Assembly (NCBI GenBank): GCA_963662615.2
Contig: CAXXSR010000001.1
Span: 1,824,001 to 1,888,000 of the forward strand
Direction of reading: 5' to 3'
Length of the DNA: 64,000 nucleotides
From: Dehalococcoidia bacterium
Lineage (GTDB): Bacteria > Chloroflexota > Dehalococcoidia > Bin125
A model generated the notes under the pieces. That model saw nothing but the letters and a program-made list of their open reading frames with translations, was not told where the DNA came from and did not search any database. Below, in pieces: positions 60,470 to 64,000 of the stretch (its first letter is position 1; each line of letters begins with the position of its first letter). Made by a program: the position numbers and the translations under genes.

Positions 60470-62329
60470 GTGGCGACGCAATCGAAGCAACCGCAGGGTG
60501 CGCCCAGCCAAGACAGCGCCGGCGCGCAGGCGTACAAACCCATCGAAAATTACGGCGTCATCGGCGACCTGCATACCGTCGCGCTCGTTGGCATTGACGG
60601 TTCCATCGACTGGTGCTGCCTCCCCCACTTTGATTCACCCAGCGTCTTCGCTTCCATTCTGGATGCCCGCATCGGCGGCTTCTTCAAGATCGCCCCCGTC
60701 GCTCCCACCGTCCAAAAGCAGATGTACCTCCCCGAGACCAACGCCCTCACCACCCGCTTCCTCGGTCGCGACGGCGTGGGAGAGATCATCGACTTAATGC
60801 CCATCGGGAGCGATGCCGCGGAGCCTGCCTAAGGCCGCCAGATCCTGCGCCGAGTCCGCGTCGTGCGAGGAGCCCTGCGCTTCAAGATCGAGTGCCGTCC
60901 CGCCTTCGATTACGCGCGGGCCAAGCACACTCTGACGCTGCAAACGGACGGCGCGATCTTTAGCTGGGACGGCGGACGCCTGGGCCTCACCTCCCCCCGG
61001 CCGCTCACCGCCCGCGGCGACGGCGTGGAGGCGGAGTTCGTCCTCCAGGGCGGGGAGAGCCTCACCTTCCTCCTCCGACATGCGCTGCCCGGCAGCGACG
61101 TCCCTCCGATCGATCCCGCCTTCAACAGCGACCAGGCGCTCGAGGACACCGACCGCTTCTGGCGCCGCTGGCTCTCCGGCGTCCGCTACCAGGGTCGCTG
61201 GCGTGAAACGGTCGCGCGCTCTGCCCTGACGCTGAAGTTGCTGACCTTCGCCCCCTCCGGCGCCATCGTCGCCGCGCCAACGACGAGCCTCCCCGAGGAG
61301 ATCGGCGGCGTGCGCAATTGGGACTACCGCTATACCTGGATTCGGGACGCGGCCTTCACCGTCTACGGCTTCATTCGCCTCGGACTCACGCGCGAGGCGG
61401 ACCAGTTCATGCACTGGATCGACGCCCGCGCCCAGGAAGAAGCCTCCGACGGCTCTCTCCAGACCATGTACCGCATCACCGGCGACCACGAACTCGCCGA
61501 AGAGCATCTCGACCACCTAGAGGGCTACCGTGGCTCCTCGCCGGTCCGGATTGGCAATGCCGCCTCCCAGCAGTTGCAACTCGACATCTACGGGGAATTG
61601 ATGGACGCCGTCTACCTGTCTAACAAATACGGCAGGCCGATCTCGCACGACCTCTGGCAGCACCTGCGCCGCCTGCTAGACCACGTCGTTCACAACTGGA
61701 GCCGGAAGGATGACGGGATTTGGGAAGTCAGAGGGGGACGGCAGCACTTCGTCTATTCGAAATTGATGTGCTGGGTCGCTCTGGACCGCGGCATCCGGCT
61801 CACCGACAAGCGCAGCTTCCCTGGGGATCGCGATCTGTGGCGGAGGGCACGCGACGCCATCTATGAGGAGATCATGGTGAAGGGCTAGCACGAAGAGAAA
61901 CGGCGCTTCGTCCAGCACTATGACACCGACGCTCTCGACGCGAGCAACCTGATGATGCCGTTGACCTTTTTCATCTCACCCACGGATCCGCGTATGCTCG
62001 CCACTCTTGACGCCACCCTCGACACCCTCGTCTCGGACAGCCTCGTCTACCGCTATCAGATCGGGACCGGCGCATCGGACGGACTGACCGGCCAAGAGGG
62101 AACGTTCTCCATGTGTACCTTCTGGCTCATTGAGGCGCTGACGCGCAGCGGACGGTTGGAGGAGGCAAGGCAGATGTTCGAAAATATCCTCACCTACGCC
62201 AACCATCTCGGTCTGTACGCGGAAGAGATCGGCCCCAGCGGCGAGGCCCTCGGCAACTTTCCCCAAGCGTTCACCCACATGGGTTTGATTAGTGCCGCCT
62301 TCAACCTGGATCGCGCCCTCGACGGCTGA
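60470..62329 (+). pseudogene. Glycoside hydrolase family 15 (glucoamylase/trehalase-like) with in-frame TAA (60830-60832) and TAG (61886-61888)
   Basis: Three same-frame ORFs with [46 protein letters not shown]. Confidence 0.9.
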
Positions 62330-62528
62330 GCGCTCGCCGCGCCGCCAGCCTCCCTTCGGCCACGTGGCCGGGCACGCTACCCTCCCCTCACTCTGTCTCC
62401 AGGCGCCGCTACGGCCGCGATGAACTTCGCACCGGATCGCCCCCTGAGGAGGGCCCATAATGCAGATCGCCCCACACGGTCCCCACCTGGGGGGCGGGGG
62501 ATGATCCACGACGAACGAGGTGATCCCC

Positions 62529-63108
62529 GTGCCCTCCTTCAGTGTTGACTTCTCCCATCAAGTGATCCTGGTGACCGGAGCCACGGGCCGCCTCGGGCAG
62601 GCCGTCACCCGCTCCCTCCTGCAGGCCGGCGCCGAGGTCGTCCCGGTCGTCCGCAACGCCGACTCCCTGCGCGGCGCCTTCCCTCAACTCTCGCGCGACG
62701 GCCACTACCTCGCCGAGAGCGTCGATGTGACCGACCCCGACTCCTTTGACGTCGCGATCCAAGGCACGCTCGATCGATTCGGCCAGATCGATGGCCTCAT
62801 GCACACGGTCGGCGGCTACCACGCCGATCACCTCGTCCACGAAACCCCCCTGGACGATTGGGACGCCATGCACACACGCAACGCCCGCTCCACCTTCGTG
62901 GCCTGCCGGGGGGTGTTGCCACCCATGCTGGCGCGCGGCTCCGGCAAGATCGTCTGCGTCGCCGCCCGCTCCGCGCTGCAGGCGGACGGCCGCGAATCCC
63001 GGGCGCTGGGTGCCGCCCGAACAGATCGCCGACGTCATGCTCTTTCTCGCCTCCGACGCGGCACGAGCGATCAACGGCGCCGCAATCCCCGTCTACGGGC
63101 GGACGTAG
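62529..63108 (+). pseudogene. SDR family oxidoreductase remnant; an internal deletion removes the YxxxK region and shifts the frame near 62985
   Basis: VTGATGRLG...GKIVCVAARSALQA in one frame, then WVPPEQIADVMLFLASDAARAINGAAIPVYG in another. Confidence 0.8.
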
Positions 63109-63120
63109 CGCCAGAGGAAG

Positions 63121-63245
63121 CCGTTCGCCCTGACCTGTCCTTCACGCAGCGAAGGAGCCTGCCCGTCCGGATCCTGTCGAAGGGTCGAGCGCGAACCGCC
63201 TCTGCCCCTCTCCATCCTTCCCCTGGAAGGAGAGAGAGGGGGCCT
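63121..63245. repeat. Cluster of degenerate REP-like palindromes between convergent genes
   Basis: ccgttcgccctga and cctgtcgaaggg (related to 13581), plus hairpin gcccctctc...gagagagggggc. Confidence 0.5.
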
Positions 63246-63368
63246 GAGCCCAGCCCCGCGCTCCAACGACGAACACCGGTGACCGCCACCCGGCCCCATC
63301 GCCCAGGGCGGGTGGGTGGGACAAAAAACAAGGGGCGGGGGGAGGCCGTTCCTCGCGCGCCCGCGCCT

Positions 63369-64000
63369 TCAGGAGCGGCCCTCGCCCGCCACCGAGCCGG
63401 CGCTCGATGTTCCTTCTGGCGAAGCGCCGCGGCGGAGGGGAGCGCCCATCGCGTGCAGGAAGCGCAGGATGTCGGCGTACGTGCGGAGCAGACTGCTCTC
63501 CCGGTACTCGACCCCCCGCGCCTCGCAGAACGGACGCACCAGCTCGCGTGCCTCCCGCAGCTTGTTGCGAGGCATCGACGGGAACAGGTGATGCTCAATC
63601 TGATAGTTCAGACCACCGAGGACGAAGTCCGTCACCGGATGAGGGGTGACGTTGCGGGTCGTGCTGACTTGGCGGCGCACGAAATCGACGTCGGGCTGGC
63701 CCGTCAGCGTGGGCATTCCCTTGTGGTTCGTGGCGAAGGTGGAGCCCATGTACAGGCCGAAGAGCGCTTGGTGGATGGCCAAGAACGCGAGCGCCTCCCA
63801 GACGCTCAAGAAGACGAAGAGGAGGCTCAAGTACAGCGCCAGATGCGCCAGCAGCAGCGCCACTTGCAGGCGCCGTCGCCGCACGCGCGCGCTCCGCAGG
63901 TGGCCAATTGTGTGCATGCGCATATTCACAATGCCAAACGTGAACAGCGGCACAATGAAAAACGCTTGGTGCTTGACGACGAACCGCGGCACCGCGCCCC
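63369..64000 (-). CDS. Membrane fatty acid (acyl-CoA) desaturase, 5'-truncated by the window edge
   Basis: TNH, GGLNYQIEHHLFP third His box (QxxHH type). Confidence 0.9.
   Translation of the reverse strand, partial: GAVPRFVVKHQAFFIVPLFTFGIVNMRMHTIGHLRSARVRRRRLQVALLLAHLALYLSLLFVFLSVWEALAFLAIHQALFGLYMGSTFATNHKGMPTLTGQPDVDFVRRQVSTTRNVTPHPVTDFVLGGLNYQIEHHLFPSMPRNKLREARELVRPFCEARGVEYRESSLLRTYADILRFLHAMGAPLRRGASPEGTSSAGSVAGEGRS

Noticed and set aside
1086-61888. Amber recoding (TAG as Trp or pyrrolysine) suggested by two in-frame TAGs
   Set aside because: TAG ends many full-length genes here (e.g. 5393, 7359, 54912, 56543, 58681), GH15 also has an in-frame TAA, and no pyl genes are present.

Overview
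High-GC bacterial chromosomal window with about 46 genes and no rRNA, tRNA, CRISPR, integrase or transposase that I can recognise. It holds four luciferase-like monooxygenases, several SDRs, two enolase-superfamily enzymes, a PhyH dioxygenase, a tungsten-type AOR, an Ig-domain alpha-2-macroglobulin and REP-like elements. By inference this content fits Chloroflexota/Dehalococcoidia (SAR202-like). Main leads: (1) a betaine-type solute-binding lipoprotein with no transporter, followed by a Cache/HAMP/PAS kinase and a receiver-thioredoxin-reductase fusion; (2) an NDH-2 fused to a bis-His membrane module, next to a protein with three copies of that module, with ~100-bp direct repeats on both sides; (3) one unnamed GWNLV module shared by three unrelated exported proteins; (4) an orphan CheW with two DnaJ-type zinc fingers; (5) a PAP2 phosphatase fused to a kinase-like domain; (6) tandem-repeat arrays between -10 boxes and start codons; (7) six genes broken by nonsense, frameshift or deletion lesions. 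All family calls come from motif recognition by eye; no searches were run.
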